A stretch of DNA of 64,000 bases from Abditibacteriaceae bacterium (GTDB lineage Bacteria > Armatimonadota > Abditibacteriia > Abditibacteriales > Abditibacteriaceae). Below the pieces are notes generated by a model, which had not been told where the DNA came from, made no database searches, and saw only the letters and a program-made list of their open reading frames with translations. The stretch lies in the NCBI GenBank assembly GCA_031425655.1, contig JANPJS010000034.1, forward strand, positions 31,805-95,804, given 5' to 3'. Shown in pieces: positions 1 through 9,482 of this stretch. Both the position numbers and the translations under genes were made by a program. Numbering within the stretch: the first letter of the stretch is position 1; every line of letters begins with the position of its first letter.

Positions 1-225
1 GTGAAGGCTTTGCCGCTGGAAGCTCGATTGCGCCTGGTTGAACGAATCGCGCATGATGTGTCGCGGCAAGTGGGCGAGGAAGAACCGAAGATAAAGCGCC
101 GTTGGCGCGATATTCGCGGCACAGCAGTCGGATTATTAGACGGCGAGGACGCGCAAGAATGGGTGTCGCGCACGCGGCGCGAAGGCGACGCGCATCGGGA
201 AAAGCAATGGAAGCGTGAGCCGTGA
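1..225 (+). CDS. Putative antitoxin (small protein upstream of PIN gene); may be 5'-truncated by the window edge
   Basis: 74 aa with motif W.DIRG...LLDGEDAQEWVSR.R.E typical of small PIN-toxin partners; GTGA overlap with the PIN gene. Confidence 0.6.
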   Translation: MKALPLEARLRLVERIAHDVSRQVGEEEPKIKRRWRDIRGTAVGLLDGEDAQEWVSRTRREGDAHREKQWKREP

Positions 226-679
226 ACATTGCCGACGCGCTGGCGCCCGGTAGCCGCTTGTTTCTTGATTCGGCTCCCGTCATTTATTACGTTGAACGGC
301 ATCCCCATTATTTGTCACTGGTGGATGTGTTGTTCGATGCGCTTGACGACGAGACTATTGAAGCAGTAACTTCGCCCGTTACATTGGCGGAGTGCTTGAT
401 TCTTCCGCTGCGGGTTGGCAATACGCTTTGCGGCGAGAATATGTCGCAGTCATTACCAATGGCCCTGGCATCGAATTTTGGCCTCTGAATGATGTTGAGG
501 CGCAACACGCCGCCGACCTCACAGCGCGCTACAATATCCCGTTGCCTGACGCCTTTCAAATTGCCGTTGCCATCGCGTCCGGCTGCGACGCATTTCTTAC
601 CAACGACCTCACGCTGAAACGAGTGCGGGAAATCACGATTTTGGTGCTGGACGAACTGGAACCGCCAACCTCTACATGA
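222..679 (+). pseudogene. PIN/VapC-family ribonuclease split by a 1-nt frameshift near 423-425
   Basis: ORF 222..488 has the PIN N-half (LFLDSAPVIYY...TSPVTLAE.LILP); frame 392..679 has the C-half (AA.L.ARYNI.LPDAFQIAVA...FLTND..LKRV); joined length about 150 aa. Confidence 0.8.
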
Positions 680-2166
680 CCCAACCGCTGATTCAAATTG
701 AAAGTCTGAGCAAATTTTATGGCGTGGTGCGGGCGCTCGAAGGCGTCAGCTTCGATATTCGCGCGGGCGAAATTCACGCGCTCGTCGGAGAAAACGGCGC
801 CGGGAAAAGCACTTTAATCAAGGCGTTGGGCGGCGCGCACGCGCCGAGCGAAGGCCGCGTTTTGGTGAGTGGGCAGCCGCTTTCGTGCGGCGTGACGGCT
901 TCGGAAGCGGCGGGCATCGCCACGATTCACCAGGAAATCACGGCGTTTCCGCATCTCAGCGCCGAAGACAACATTTTCGTGGGCCGCGAGCCGCGTTTGG
1001 GCGGAATTTTCATCAATCGCGGCCAAATGCGGCGCGAAACGCGGGCGCTTTTGACACAACTTGGCGAAAATTTCGATTCGGCGCGGCCTGTTGGCGAACT
1101 CAGCGTGGCGCGGCGGCAGATGGTCGGCTTCGCCCGCGCGCTGTCGCAGAAAAGCAAATTGCTGATATTAGATGAGCCAACGGCTTCGCTGTCCGAGCGC
1201 GAATGCGTGGCGTTGTTCAAAGTGATTCGCGCGCTGCAAAGCGACGGCGTGGCGATTCTCTACGTTAGCCACCGTTTGGACGAAATTTTTGCTTTAGCCA
1301 ACCGCGTCACGGTTTTTCGCGACGGGCGCCACGTCCAAACCTGCGACATCGGCGAAGTGGACAAAGCCGGTTTAATTCGCTTGATGGTCGGGCGCGAAGT
1401 CGTCGAAGAGCGCGATGAATCGGGGCGCGGCGTGCCGGGCGAAGCGGTTTTGCAGGTCGAAAACTTGTCGCGCGAAGGCGCTTTTCGTGACGTTTCGTTC
1501 CAAGTGCGTGCCGGAGAAATCGTCGGGTTGGCCGGCCTCGTTGGCGCCGGACGCAGCGAAGTGGCGCGGGCGATTTTCGGTGTAGACAAACCGACAGCGG
1601 GCGTCGTGAAAATCAGCGGCGCGATTTTGCCGTCCGGTTCGGTGGGAAAAGCGGTCGCGCGCGGTGTGGCTCTGGTGCCCGAAGACCGCCAGCATCAGGG
1701 GTTGGTTTTGGCGATGACGGTCGGCGAAAACCTTACGCTTTCGGTGCTGGAACGCCTGGCGCGCGGGCCGGGGCGCGACAAAAAAGCCGAGCGCACAGAG
1801 ATTGCGAAATTGATGAAAGACCTGTCGGTGCGCGCCGCCGGGCCGGATATTCCGGCGCAATCGCTGTCGGGCGGAAATCAGCAAAAGTTGGTGGTCGGTA
1901 AGTGGCTGGCTTCGCAGCCGAAAGTTTTGATTTTAGACGAGCCGACGCGCGGCGTGGATGTCGGCGCGCGGGCCGAGGTTTATCGCTTGATTCGTCAGTT
2001 GGCCGGGCAGGGCATGGCGGCGCTGGTGATCTCGTCCGACTTGACCGAAATCCTCGCCTTATGCGACCGCATTTTAGTCATGCGCGAGGGCGTCGTTTCC
2101 GGCGAGCTGCCGCGCGAAGGCGCCACGCAAGAGAAGATTTTAGAATTAGCTTTGCCGGAAAAATAA
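676..2166 (+). CDS. Sugar ABC transporter ATP-binding protein (RbsA/RhaT/LsrA type, two ABC domains)
   Basis: GENGAGKS Walker A, ILDEPT twice, LSGGNQQK. Confidence 0.95.
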   Translation: MTQPLIQIESLSKFYGVVRALEGVSFDIRAGEIHALVGENGAGKSTLIKALGGAHAPSEGRVLVSGQPLSCGVTASEAAGIATIHQEITAFPHLSAEDNIFVGREPRLGGIFINRGQMRRETRALLTQLGENFDSARPVGELSVARRQMVGFARALSQKSKLLILDEPTASLSERECVALFKVIRALQSDGVAILYVSHRLDEIFALANRVTVFRDGRHVQTCDIGEVDKAGLIRLMVGREVVEERDESGRGVPGEAVLQVENLSREGAFRDVSFQVRAGEIVGLAGLVGAGRSEVARAIFGVDKPTAGVVKISGAILPSGSVGKAVARGVALVPEDRQHQGLVLAMTVGENLTLSVLERLARGPGRDKKAERTEIAKLMKDLSVRAAGPDIPAQSLSGGNQQKLVVGKWLASQPKVLILDEPTRGVDVGARAEVYRLIRQLAGQGMAALVISSDLTEILALCDRILVMREGVVSGELPREGATQEKILELALPEK

Positions 2167-2169
2167 GAC

Positions 2170-2280
2170 TTTCAATGGAACACGGGCCTTCGGCACACGG
2201 ATTACACGGATTTTCACGGTTTAAATCGAAAAAACCGTGAAAATCCGTGGCCGTTTCCGTGAATTCCGTGTTCCATTAAA
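2170..2280. repeat. Palindromic intergenic element, family A (TTCAATGGAACACGG...CCGTGTTCCATT)
   Basis: Arms of CACGG-containing units; relatives at 42345, 48364 and 54946. Confidence 0.9.
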
Positions 2281-2303
2281 AACTTTGCGCTCGACCGCTT
2301 TTT

Positions 2304-3269
2304 ATGACTCTCGTTAAACGCATTTTTCTCCAGCGCGAATACGGCGTCGCGGCGCTTTTGCTGTTGATGATCGCTGTCGTGACGGCAGTAGATCACAATT
2401 TTTTGTCGCGGCAGAATTTTCTCGATATTCTCATGGCGACGGTGCCGGTCGCTATCGTGGCGTGCGGGCTGACATTCGTGATCGTGCTGGGCGAAATTGA
2501 TATTTCCGTCGGCTCGCTGCTCGGCCTCACGGCAGTAGTTTTGGGGCTGCTGACTTCGCTCGATCATGCGAAACAGCCGGTTGTCGTCGGCGTCGCGGCG
2601 GTCTTGGTGCTGGGCACGTTTGTCGGCCTTGTCAACGGTGTATTAGTCGTGTTCGGGCGCGTGCCTTCGATTATCGTCACGCTGGGAATGCTGACGGCGC
2701 TCAAAGGCTTGATGGTGATTCTGATGAACGGCGAGAACATCCAGAATTTGCCGGACAGCGTGCGCTTTTTGGGCACCGGAACGCTGGTCGGTGTGCCGAT
2801 TCCACTGCTTGTCGCGGCGGTCGTCATCGCTTTTTCTGCTGGATTAGCGGTTTATACGCCGCTTGGCCGAAGGCTTTACGCGGCGGGCAGCAATCCGCAC
2901 GCGGCGGAGTTGGCCGGGCTTTCGGTGCGCGGATTGAAGCTCTTTGCTTTCACTTACACAGGCTTTCTCACAGCGGTAGCCGCTCTGGTGACGGCGCCGC
3001 GCTTGTCGGTCATTGAAGACAGCGCCGGCAAAGATTTGGAGTTGATGGTCGTGACAGCGGTCGTCGTCGGCGGCACGTCGCTGAGCGGCGGACGCGGCAC
3101 CATCGCCGGCTCGCTGCTGGCGGCGATTCTTCTGGGTTCGGTCAGCACAGCGCTGATCTTTCTCAAGTTCAGCGCGGCCACTTATTGGGAGCGCGCGATT
3201 CAAGGCGGATTTATTTTGGCGGCGGTTTTGGTTGACCACCTGGCGCGGCGCGACGGAGAAACGCCATGA
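2304..3269 (+). CDS. Sugar ABC transporter permease
   Basis: GEIDISVGS, VPSIIVTLG, AVVVGGTSLSGGRG motifs; hydrophobic. Confidence 0.95.
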   Translation: MTLVKRIFLQREYGVAALLLLMIAVVTAVDHNFLSRQNFLDILMATVPVAIVACGLTFVIVLGEIDISVGSLLGLTAVVLGLLTSLDHAKQPVVVGVAAVLVLGTFVGLVNGVLVVFGRVPSIIVTLGMLTALKGLMVILMNGENIQNLPDSVRFLGTGTLVGVPIPLLVAAVVIAFSAGLAVYTPLGRRLYAAGSNPHAAELAGLSVRGLKLFAFTYTGFLTAVAALVTAPRLSVIEDSAGKDLELMVVTAVVVGGTSLSGGRGTIAGSLLAAILLGSVSTALIFLKFSAATYWERAIQGGFILAAVLVDHLARRDGETP

Positions 3270-4177
3270 AAAAGCGATTTGCCCACGAAACCGCGCTTTT
3301 AGCGTTACTTTTCGCGCTTTTGGCTTACGCGAAATTCACCGAGCCGAAATTTTTAGCTCTTGATACGCAGCGCAAGCTGCTCGAAGAATTGTGGGAATTG
3401 GCCTTGATTTCCATCCCGATGACGCTGATTATCCTGACTGGCGGCATAGATTTATCGGTCGGTTCGGCGATGGGCTTGTGTGCCGTCGTCATGGGAATGA
3501 GCTTTCAGCGCGGATATCCCCCGGCACTGTGCGCGCTGCTGGCTTTAGTCGCCGGATTGGCGGCGGGCGCGCTGAATGGATTTTTCATCACGCGCGTGAA
3601 AGTCCATCCACTTCTGGTGACTTTGGCGACTTTGGCCGCTTTTCGCGGCGTGGCCGAAGGCATGAGCGGCGGCGCGAGCGTTGAAGGCTTCGTCGAGACG
3701 TTTAAGCTGCTGCGCGACCCGGTTCCGGCGTTGATTTTCGTCGCTTTCGTGGCAATCGCCGCGTGGTTTCTGAACGCGGCGCCCGGCGGCGTGTGGCTGC
3801 GCGCAATTGGTTTCAACGAAACTTCGGCGCGCTTTTCCGGATTGCCGGTTGATCGTCTAAAACTGCGTCTTTACGCGCTGTCGGGCCTCGCGGCGGGCGT
3901 GGCGGCTGTGCTTTATGCAGCGCGGTTCAATACGGCCAAAGCTGACATCGGCGATGGCAAAGAATTGGAAGCCGTCACCGCTGTTGTGTTGGGCGGCACC
4001 AGCATTTTCGGCGGACGCGGCCACGTTTTCGGCACCGTTCTCGGCCTGTTACTTATCCACGAGACGCGCGAGTTCGTAAAATGGCATTGGAGCAACGAAT
4101 ATATCGCCATCGTTCTCGGCGTGCTGTTGATTTTATCGGTCTTGATGAATCGCTTTTTGGGCGACGGCGAATCTTAA
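3266..4177 (+). CDS. Sugar ABC transporter permease
   Basis: GGIDLSVGS, ELEAVTAVVLGGTSIFGGRG motifs. Confidence 0.95.
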   Translation: MKKRFAHETALLALLFALLAYAKFTEPKFLALDTQRKLLEELWELALISIPMTLIILTGGIDLSVGSAMGLCAVVMGMSFQRGYPPALCALLALVAGLAAGALNGFFITRVKVHPLLVTLATLAAFRGVAEGMSGGASVEGFVETFKLLRDPVPALIFVAFVAIAAWFLNAAPGGVWLRAIGFNETSARFSGLPVDRLKLRLYALSGLAAGVAAVLYAARFNTAKADIGDGKELEAVTAVVLGGTSIFGGRGHVFGTVLGLLLIHETREFVKWHWSNEYIAIVLGVLLILSVLMNRFLGDGES

Positions 4178-4202
4178 TTCCGGCCCCATTTTAGGAGAAA
4201 TT

Positions 4203-5243
4203 ATGCGTTTACTTGAGCGAGTTGTTCCTGTTGTATTGCTGGGCTTAGCCATTGCGGGTTGCGGCAGCAATCCTCCGGCGGAGACCTCGAATTCGTCTGG
4301 CCCGGCGCCCGCTTCCACTTCGCCTGCCAGCGGTGAAAAAATCACCATCGCGCTGTTGCCCAAGCAAAAGGGCATCGCGTATTTCACTTCTTGCGCCAAA
4401 GGCGCCGAGGAAGCCGCCAAAGAACTCGGCGACGTGGAACTGATTTACGACGGCCCGACCGACGGCAAAGCGGAAAAAGCCGCGTCCATGATTGACCAGT
4501 GGGTGCTGAAAGGCGTGAGCGCCATCGCGGTTTCGCCCAACGACCCGCAAGTCTTGGCGCCGGCCATGAAATCGGCCAAAGAAAAAGGTATCAAAGTGCT
4601 GACATGGGACGCCGACGGCGACAAAGCCGGGCGCGACTGGTTCGTCAATCAAGCGACGGCAGAGCAAATCGGCAACGCTCTGGTGGACACTCTGGCTAAG
4701 GACATCGGCGGCAAAGGCAAAGTCGCGATCATAACCGCCACGCTGACCGCAGCCAACCAGAACGAATGGATGAAATACATGAATATCCGCTTGAAAAAGT
4801 ATCCCGGCATGACGTTGGTAGCGACTAAACCCTCGAACGAGAATCAGAAGATCGCTTTTACCGCCACGCAGGATTTGATGAAGGCGTATCCCGATTTGAA
4901 AGGCGTTTTCGCCATCAGTTCGGCGGCGTTTCCCGGCGCGGCGGAAGCGATTAAACAGTCCGGCAACAATGGCAAAGTCATGGTCACCGGCCTTTCGACG
5001 CCCAACGACATGAAAGCCTATGTCAAAGGCGGAACCGTGAAATCCGTCATTCTGTGGAACACCGTTGATCTCGGCTATCTCGCGGTTCAGGCGGCGCACG
5101 CGGCTGTCAAAGGCGACCTCAGAACGGGCGCCAAAACCTTCAAAGCCGGGCGTTTGGGCGAAAAGAAAATCGCCGGCGACAACGTGCTGCTCGGCGATAT
5201 TTTGGTCTTCACTAAAGACAACATTGACAAATATGATTTTTAA
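4203..5243 (+). CDS. Sugar ABC substrate-binding lipoprotein (RhaS/LsrB-like)
   Basis: Lipobox IAGC; PK.KGI.YF...GAEEAAKELG..YDGPT; LWNTVDLGY; AGGAGA RBS. Confidence 0.9.
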   Translation: MRLLERVVPVVLLGLAIAGCGSNPPAETSNSSGPAPASTSPASGEKITIALLPKQKGIAYFTSCAKGAEEAAKELGDVELIYDGPTDGKAEKAASMIDQWVLKGVSAIAVSPNDPQVLAPAMKSAKEKGIKVLTWDADGDKAGRDWFVNQATAEQIGNALVDTLAKDIGGKGKVAIITATLTAANQNEWMKYMNIRLKKYPGMTLVATKPSNENQKIAFTATQDLMKAYPDLKGVFAISSAAFPGAAEAIKQSGNNGKVMVTGLSTPNDMKAYVKGGTVKSVILWNTVDLGYLAVQAAHAAVKGDLRTGAKTFKAGRLGEKKIAGDNVLLGDILVFTKDNIDKYDF

Positions 5244-7011
5244 ACGGTCGCCCCAATTTGGCGCAAAGCTCGCTTTCGCAGGCTCCTTTTTCAAAAGCCG
5301 ATTCTTCGTTAGCAGGCTTTGCGCGGTTGTCGCCTTGTTTTTAGGCGCAGGTCAGGTGAAATGTGCCGAAATTCCGCGCCCGACGCTGGTGCGCGATGTC
5401 GTCGGCGTAACGCACGTCGCCGGGAAATACAACTTTACCGACAGCGATTTTCTCAACGAAGGCGCCGATAAAATCCTCGAACTCGGCTCGCGCGTGATTA
5501 AAGTCTGGTTTATGAAACCAGACACGTCATATCCCTTCAACTCGCAGTGGCCGCCAGCAAAAAACTTGGTTGAACTGGCGCAAACGCCTTATTTTAAAAC
5601 GCTTTTTGCCAAGCCGTTTACAACTTTCGTGCTGGAAACTTACGTGCCGGGGCGCGGCGATCATTACTACAAAAACGGCATGACGGCGGCTCAGATTCAA
5701 ACCGAAAGCGACGACTTTTACACGCTGACAAAGCACCTTTTGCAAACCTACAAAGGCAGCGGCAAAACTTTTGTTTTGCAAAACTGGGAAGGCGATTGGT
5801 CGCTGATTGGCGCCGGCTCCAATGATGAGCCGACGCAAACACAAATTGACGGCATGATTCAATGGCTGAACGCACGTCAGGACGGCGTGGACAAAGCGCG
5901 TCGTGAGTTGGGCGCAACCGGTGTGACCGTCGCGCACGCGGCGGAAGTTAATTTGATCAAGCGCGCGATGGACGGCAAAAAATCGGTCACCAACGACGTT
6001 TTGCCCAAAACGCACTGCGATTTATATTCGACTTCGGCCTACGATATTCAAGACAATGCCAAAACGCTGATGGCCGGTTTGGATTATTTAGCTTCTAAAG
6101 CGCCGGACAGCGCGCTTTACGGCGCCAAAAACATCTTCGTCGGCGAGTTTGGCTTTCCCGAAAACGGCGCCGGAATCGGGCCGCAAAAACAACGCGACAA
6201 AACGCGCGCGGCCTTGCAGACGGCTTTGCGCTGGGGCGTGCGCTATGCGCTTTACTGGGAACTATATTGCAACGAAAAAGCGCGCGAATTTGAAGGCAAA
6301 CCGCGAAACGAAGATATGCGCGGCTTCTGGCTGATACGCCCCGATGGGTCGAAGGCGCCGCTGTGGGATTACTTGAAAAAGATTATGGATTGGAACGTGG
6401 ACGAGGCAGCACTGCCTTTTATCGAAGACATTCGCGCGTTTGAGGCGGCGGATGCGAAGGCGTTTCCCGCGCCCAATCAAATTGTCTTCGTCGGCAGTTC
6501 CAGCTTTACCAACTGGGCGAACATGGCGCGCGATTTAGCGCCGTTTCCTGTCGTGCGGCGCGGTTTTGGCGGCTCGCAAATGGACGACAGCTTGCGCTAC
6601 GCCGGGCGCGTCGTGATTCCCTATAAACCCAAAATGGTCGTGGTTTACGCGGGCGATAACGACCTTGCGAATGGTCGCACGCCGCAGGCCATACTTGATG
6701 ATTTCAAAGCGATGGTTGCCAATATTCACGCGGCGCTGCCCGACACCAAAATCGCTTATCTTTCCATTAAACCGAGCATCGCGCGCTGGCATTTAATCGA
6801 GAAAATTCGCCAGGCCAATGGTCTAATCCAAAACTGGACGATTCAGGATGCGCGCCTTTCTTACATTGACATTTTCCCGGCCACGCTTGGCGCGGATAAT
6901 CAGCCAAACCCCGACATTTTTCTCGAAGATAATCTGCACATCAACCAAAAGGGCTACGATTTGTGGGCGCAGGTCATCAAAGCGCATTTAGCGCAGAACT
7001 TTCAACCTTAA
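5233..7011 (+). CDS. Secreted protein: glycoside-hydrolase-like N-domain fused to SGNH/GDSL esterase
   Basis: Signal-like N-terminus; LQNWEGD and FVGEFGFP motifs; C-terminal FVGSSS, RGFGGS, YAGDND, DNLH blocks; start uncertain. Confidence 0.7.
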   Translation: MIFKRSPQFGAKLAFAGSFFKSRFFVSRLCAVVALFLGAGQVKCAEIPRPTLVRDVVGVTHVAGKYNFTDSDFLNEGADKILELGSRVIKVWFMKPDTSYPFNSQWPPAKNLVELAQTPYFKTLFAKPFTTFVLETYVPGRGDHYYKNGMTAAQIQTESDDFYTLTKHLLQTYKGSGKTFVLQNWEGDWSLIGAGSNDEPTQTQIDGMIQWLNARQDGVDKARRELGATGVTVAHAAEVNLIKRAMDGKKSVTNDVLPKTHCDLYSTSAYDIQDNAKTLMAGLDYLASKAPDSALYGAKNIFVGEFGFPENGAGIGPQKQRDKTRAALQTALRWGVRYALYWELYCNEKAREFEGKPRNEDMRGFWLIRPDGSKAPLWDYLKKIMDWNVDEAALPFIEDIRAFEAADAKAFPAPNQIVFVGSSSFTNWANMARDLAPFPVVRRGFGGSQMDDSLRYAGRVVIPYKPKMVVVYAGDNDLANGRTPQAILDDFKAMVANIHAALPDTKIAYLSIKPSIARWHLIEKIRQANGLIQNWTIQDARLSYIDIFPATLGADNQPNPDIFLEDNLHINQKGYDLWAQVIKAHLAQNFQP

Positions 7012-7108
7012 GCCGCACCGTCGGGAACCGCATTTGCGCCCGCGTGTCGTTGAATGCGAACTTATTTGGGCAGCTTTCCCGCTGCCCTTTTTGCATTTGG
7101 AGATTCTC

Positions 7109-8920
7109 ATGGCCCGAAAAAACGACCGCAATCGCGGCGGCGATAACAACGATTTCGACTCCTCCGACGACATCAATTTCAGCAACAGCCCGTTTCAAGG
7201 CTTGCCCGAAACGCATTTGCAATCGTCGGCTCTGCTCGACGAAATTCTGACGAATTATCCGCACCCCGACACGCGGGCGCGGCAGTATTTAATGCTGTTG
7301 CGTCATCAGTTGGCAACCGACGACAATCAACTCGAAGAAGCACGTCAGGCGCTTCAGGAATTCGAGGAGGTTTATAACAAGCTCACGCAACCGGCCAACC
7401 GCATCGGCGTTTACATCGCCAAATTAGATGGCGACAAGCCGAAAAGCAAAAAGCGTAAGCTGCCGTTTCAATCGCAGGAAGCGGCGCCCAAAGAAAACCA
7501 TCTCATTGCGGTTGGCGATCAGGAGTTCATCGTCGGCGCCGATCCGATGCTTGAAGACAGTGACTTCGCCGCCGGCACGCGCGTGACGGTCAACGAAGCC
7601 TACGTTATCGTCGGCGATTTAGGCCCGGCGACCAACGGCCCGGTCGTGAAAATCAGCGAAGTTTTGGACGATGGTCGTCTGCGCGTGGCGATGGACTCTC
7701 AGGGAATGCAGTCGCGTCTTGTCTATCGCGGCGATTCGTTGAAAGAATTGGATTTAAAAGCCGGCGACGAAGTTCGCATGGAGCCGAATTTCAAAGTCGC
7801 GCTCGAACGCTTCGGGCAAAGCGAAAACAAAGAGTATTTTCTGGACACGGTGCCGGAGCTTCCCTGGGAGAAAATCGGCGGTCAGGAAGAAGCGATTGAG
7901 CTTATCAAAGACACCATCGAATTGCCGCTGATTTACCCCGAACTGTTCGAGCGTTTCGGCAAAAAGCCGCTTAAAGGAATCCTGCTTTACGGCCCGCCGG
8001 GCTGCGGTAAAACGCTCATCGGTAAAGCGACGGCTTATAATGTCACGCGCGCCTTCAACGACCGCACCGGGCAAGAGCTGAAAGAGTATTTTATGCTCAT
8101 CAACGGCCCGCAGATTCTCAATATGTGGCTGGGCGAAACCGAGCGGCAGATTCGGGAAATCTTTCAGGTCGCGCGCGAAAAAGCCAAGTCGGGCCACTTG
8201 GTTTTCATCTTTATTGACGAAGCCGAAAGCATTTTACGCACGCGCAGCGCCGGGCGCGGCGGCTATATGCAAAACACCATCGTGCCGATGTTTTGCGCTG
8301 AAATGGATGGACTTGTCGCTTTAGAAAACGTTATCGTGATCCTGACCAGCAATCGCCCGGATTACATTGATCCGGCGATTTTGCGCCCCGAACGCATTGA
8401 TCGCAAAGTCAAAATCCGCCGCCCGGACAAAGCCAGCGCACGCCAGATTTTCGATATTTATCTGCGCAAAGACTTGCCGTATTCGCCGGATTTGTTGAAA
8501 GAGTTCGATGGCGATGTCGAAAAAGCGCGGCAGGGCTTGATAGATCACGCGATGGAAAAAGTGTTCCGCAAAGCGCCGGACACCGAATTTGTCGAGGTTT
8601 ACACGCGCAGCGGCGGCGTCGAAACGCTGCACTTCAAAGACTTGCTCAGCGGCGCCTTAATCATGAGTTTGGTGGAGCGCGCCAAAGACTTCGCCATCAA
8701 GCGCAGCATTGACGTGAAGAGTTCCAACGAAGGCATCAGCCGCGACGACATGGCGCGCAGCATCGAAAGCGAGTTCAAGGAAAACGAGATTTTCCCCAAG
8801 ACCGATAATCTCGAAGATTGGCTGAAATTGCTCGATTACGAGCCGGAAAACGTGGTGACCATCAAGCCGATTCGTCCCGGCGCGAAGGAAAAATACACCG
8901 CGCGCAACGGCGTGATTTAA
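7109..8920 (+). CDS. arc: Proteasome-associated AAA+ ATPase (ARC/Mpa family)
   Basis: Coiled-coil and OB-like N-region, GILLYGPPGCGKT, INGP.ILN..GETERQIR.IF..AREKA, NTIVP...E.DG...LENVIVI..SNR...IDPAILRP, SGALI..LVERAK..AIK, ENE..P.T...DW; GGAG before ATG 7109. Confidence 0.9.
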   Translation: MARKNDRNRGGDNNDFDSSDDINFSNSPFQGLPETHLQSSALLDEILTNYPHPDTRARQYLMLLRHQLATDDNQLEEARQALQEFEEVYNKLTQPANRIGVYIAKLDGDKPKSKKRKLPFQSQEAAPKENHLIAVGDQEFIVGADPMLEDSDFAAGTRVTVNEAYVIVGDLGPATNGPVVKISEVLDDGRLRVAMDSQGMQSRLVYRGDSLKELDLKAGDEVRMEPNFKVALERFGQSENKEYFLDTVPELPWEKIGGQEEAIELIKDTIELPLIYPELFERFGKKPLKGILLYGPPGCGKTLIGKATAYNVTRAFNDRTGQELKEYFMLINGPQILNMWLGETERQIREIFQVAREKAKSGHLVFIFIDEAESILRTRSAGRGGYMQNTIVPMFCAEMDGLVALENVIVILTSNRPDYIDPAILRPERIDRKVKIRRPDKASARQIFDIYLRKDLPYSPDLLKEFDGDVEKARQGLIDHAMEKVFRKAPDTEFVEVYTRSGGVETLHFKDLLSGALIMSLVERAKDFAIKRSIDVKSSNEGISRDDMARSIESEFKENEIFPKTDNLEDWLKLLDYEPENVVTIKPIRPGAKEKYTARNGVI

Positions 8921-8921
8921 C

Positions 8922-8965
8922 AACAGAGCGGGCCAACGCATTATGCAGCGGCCCGCTCTGTTTTT
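8922..8965 (+). terminator. Intrinsic terminator after arc
   Basis: AACAGAGCGGGCC / GGCCCGCTCTGTT stem followed by a T run. Confidence 0.8.
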
Positions 8966-8996
8966 GAAGGGCTATAATCAATAATGGTGATGCCAG

Positions 8997-9350
8997 ATGA
9001 AGCAAATTCTTTTCTCACTTTTGCGTTTTGCAAACCTTGCATACATGGGTTTTTCTGACCTTCGGCAATGGGAAAAAATCAGGGCACAGGGTTCGGCGCG
9101 TTTCATTTTTTCGCGCAGTATTGTGATGACCTGTTGGTGGAGCGCGCTTATCGGTTCTTCCTTTTACATTTGGGGAGACCCTATTTCCTTCAGCCCCAAA
9201 GGCATTTTGATTTTATTTGGGTGTTCCTATCCAATGGGTTTGATTTCGGCCTTCGGAGCATGGGGCGATTGTGAAACGTGGTATCTCAAAAAGCGGAATG
9301 AAGAATCCAAGCCTGCCACGGACAAAAACGGCAACTCCGCAAACGCCTGA
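8997..9350 (+). CDS. Small hypothetical membrane protein
   Basis: 117 aa, two hydrophobic segments, visibly AT-richer; TATAAT at 8973..8978 upstream. Confidence 0.65.
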   Translation: MKQILFSLLRFANLAYMGFSDLRQWEKIRAQGSARFIFSRSIVMTCWWSALIGSSFYIWGDPISFSPKGILILFGCSYPMGLISAFGAWGDCETWYLKKRNEESKPATDKNGNSANA

Positions 9351-9436
9351 CGTGGTGACCATCAAGCCGATTCGTCCCGGCGCGAAGGAAAAATATACCG
9401 CGCGCAGCGGCGTGATTTGAGGCTGCCGGAGCAAAA

Positions 9437-9470
9437 GCAAACGGGAACAGAAAAGTCTGTTCCCGTTTGC
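9437..9470. terminator. Hairpin, probable bidirectional terminator
   Basis: GCAAACGGGAACAGA / TCTGTTCCCGTTTGC between convergent genes. Confidence 0.75.
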
Positions 9471-9482
9471 GTTTGTGTCATT

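Larger units (their letters stand above)
8850..9420 (+). repeat. 71-bp direct repeat of the arc 3' end (8850..8920 and 9350..9420)
   Basis: Copies differ at 3 positions (TAC/TAT, AAC/AGC, TAA/TGA); offset 500 nt. Confidence 0.97.

Noticed and set aside
4245..5294. 349-aa antisense ORF
   Set aside because: Shadow of the substrate-binding protein gene; no recognisable motifs; expected from codon bias
8850..9420. arc 3' duplicate as a DGR template/variable repeat pair
   Set aside because: Only 3 differences, one not at an adenine; no reverse transcriptase or Avd-like gene in the window
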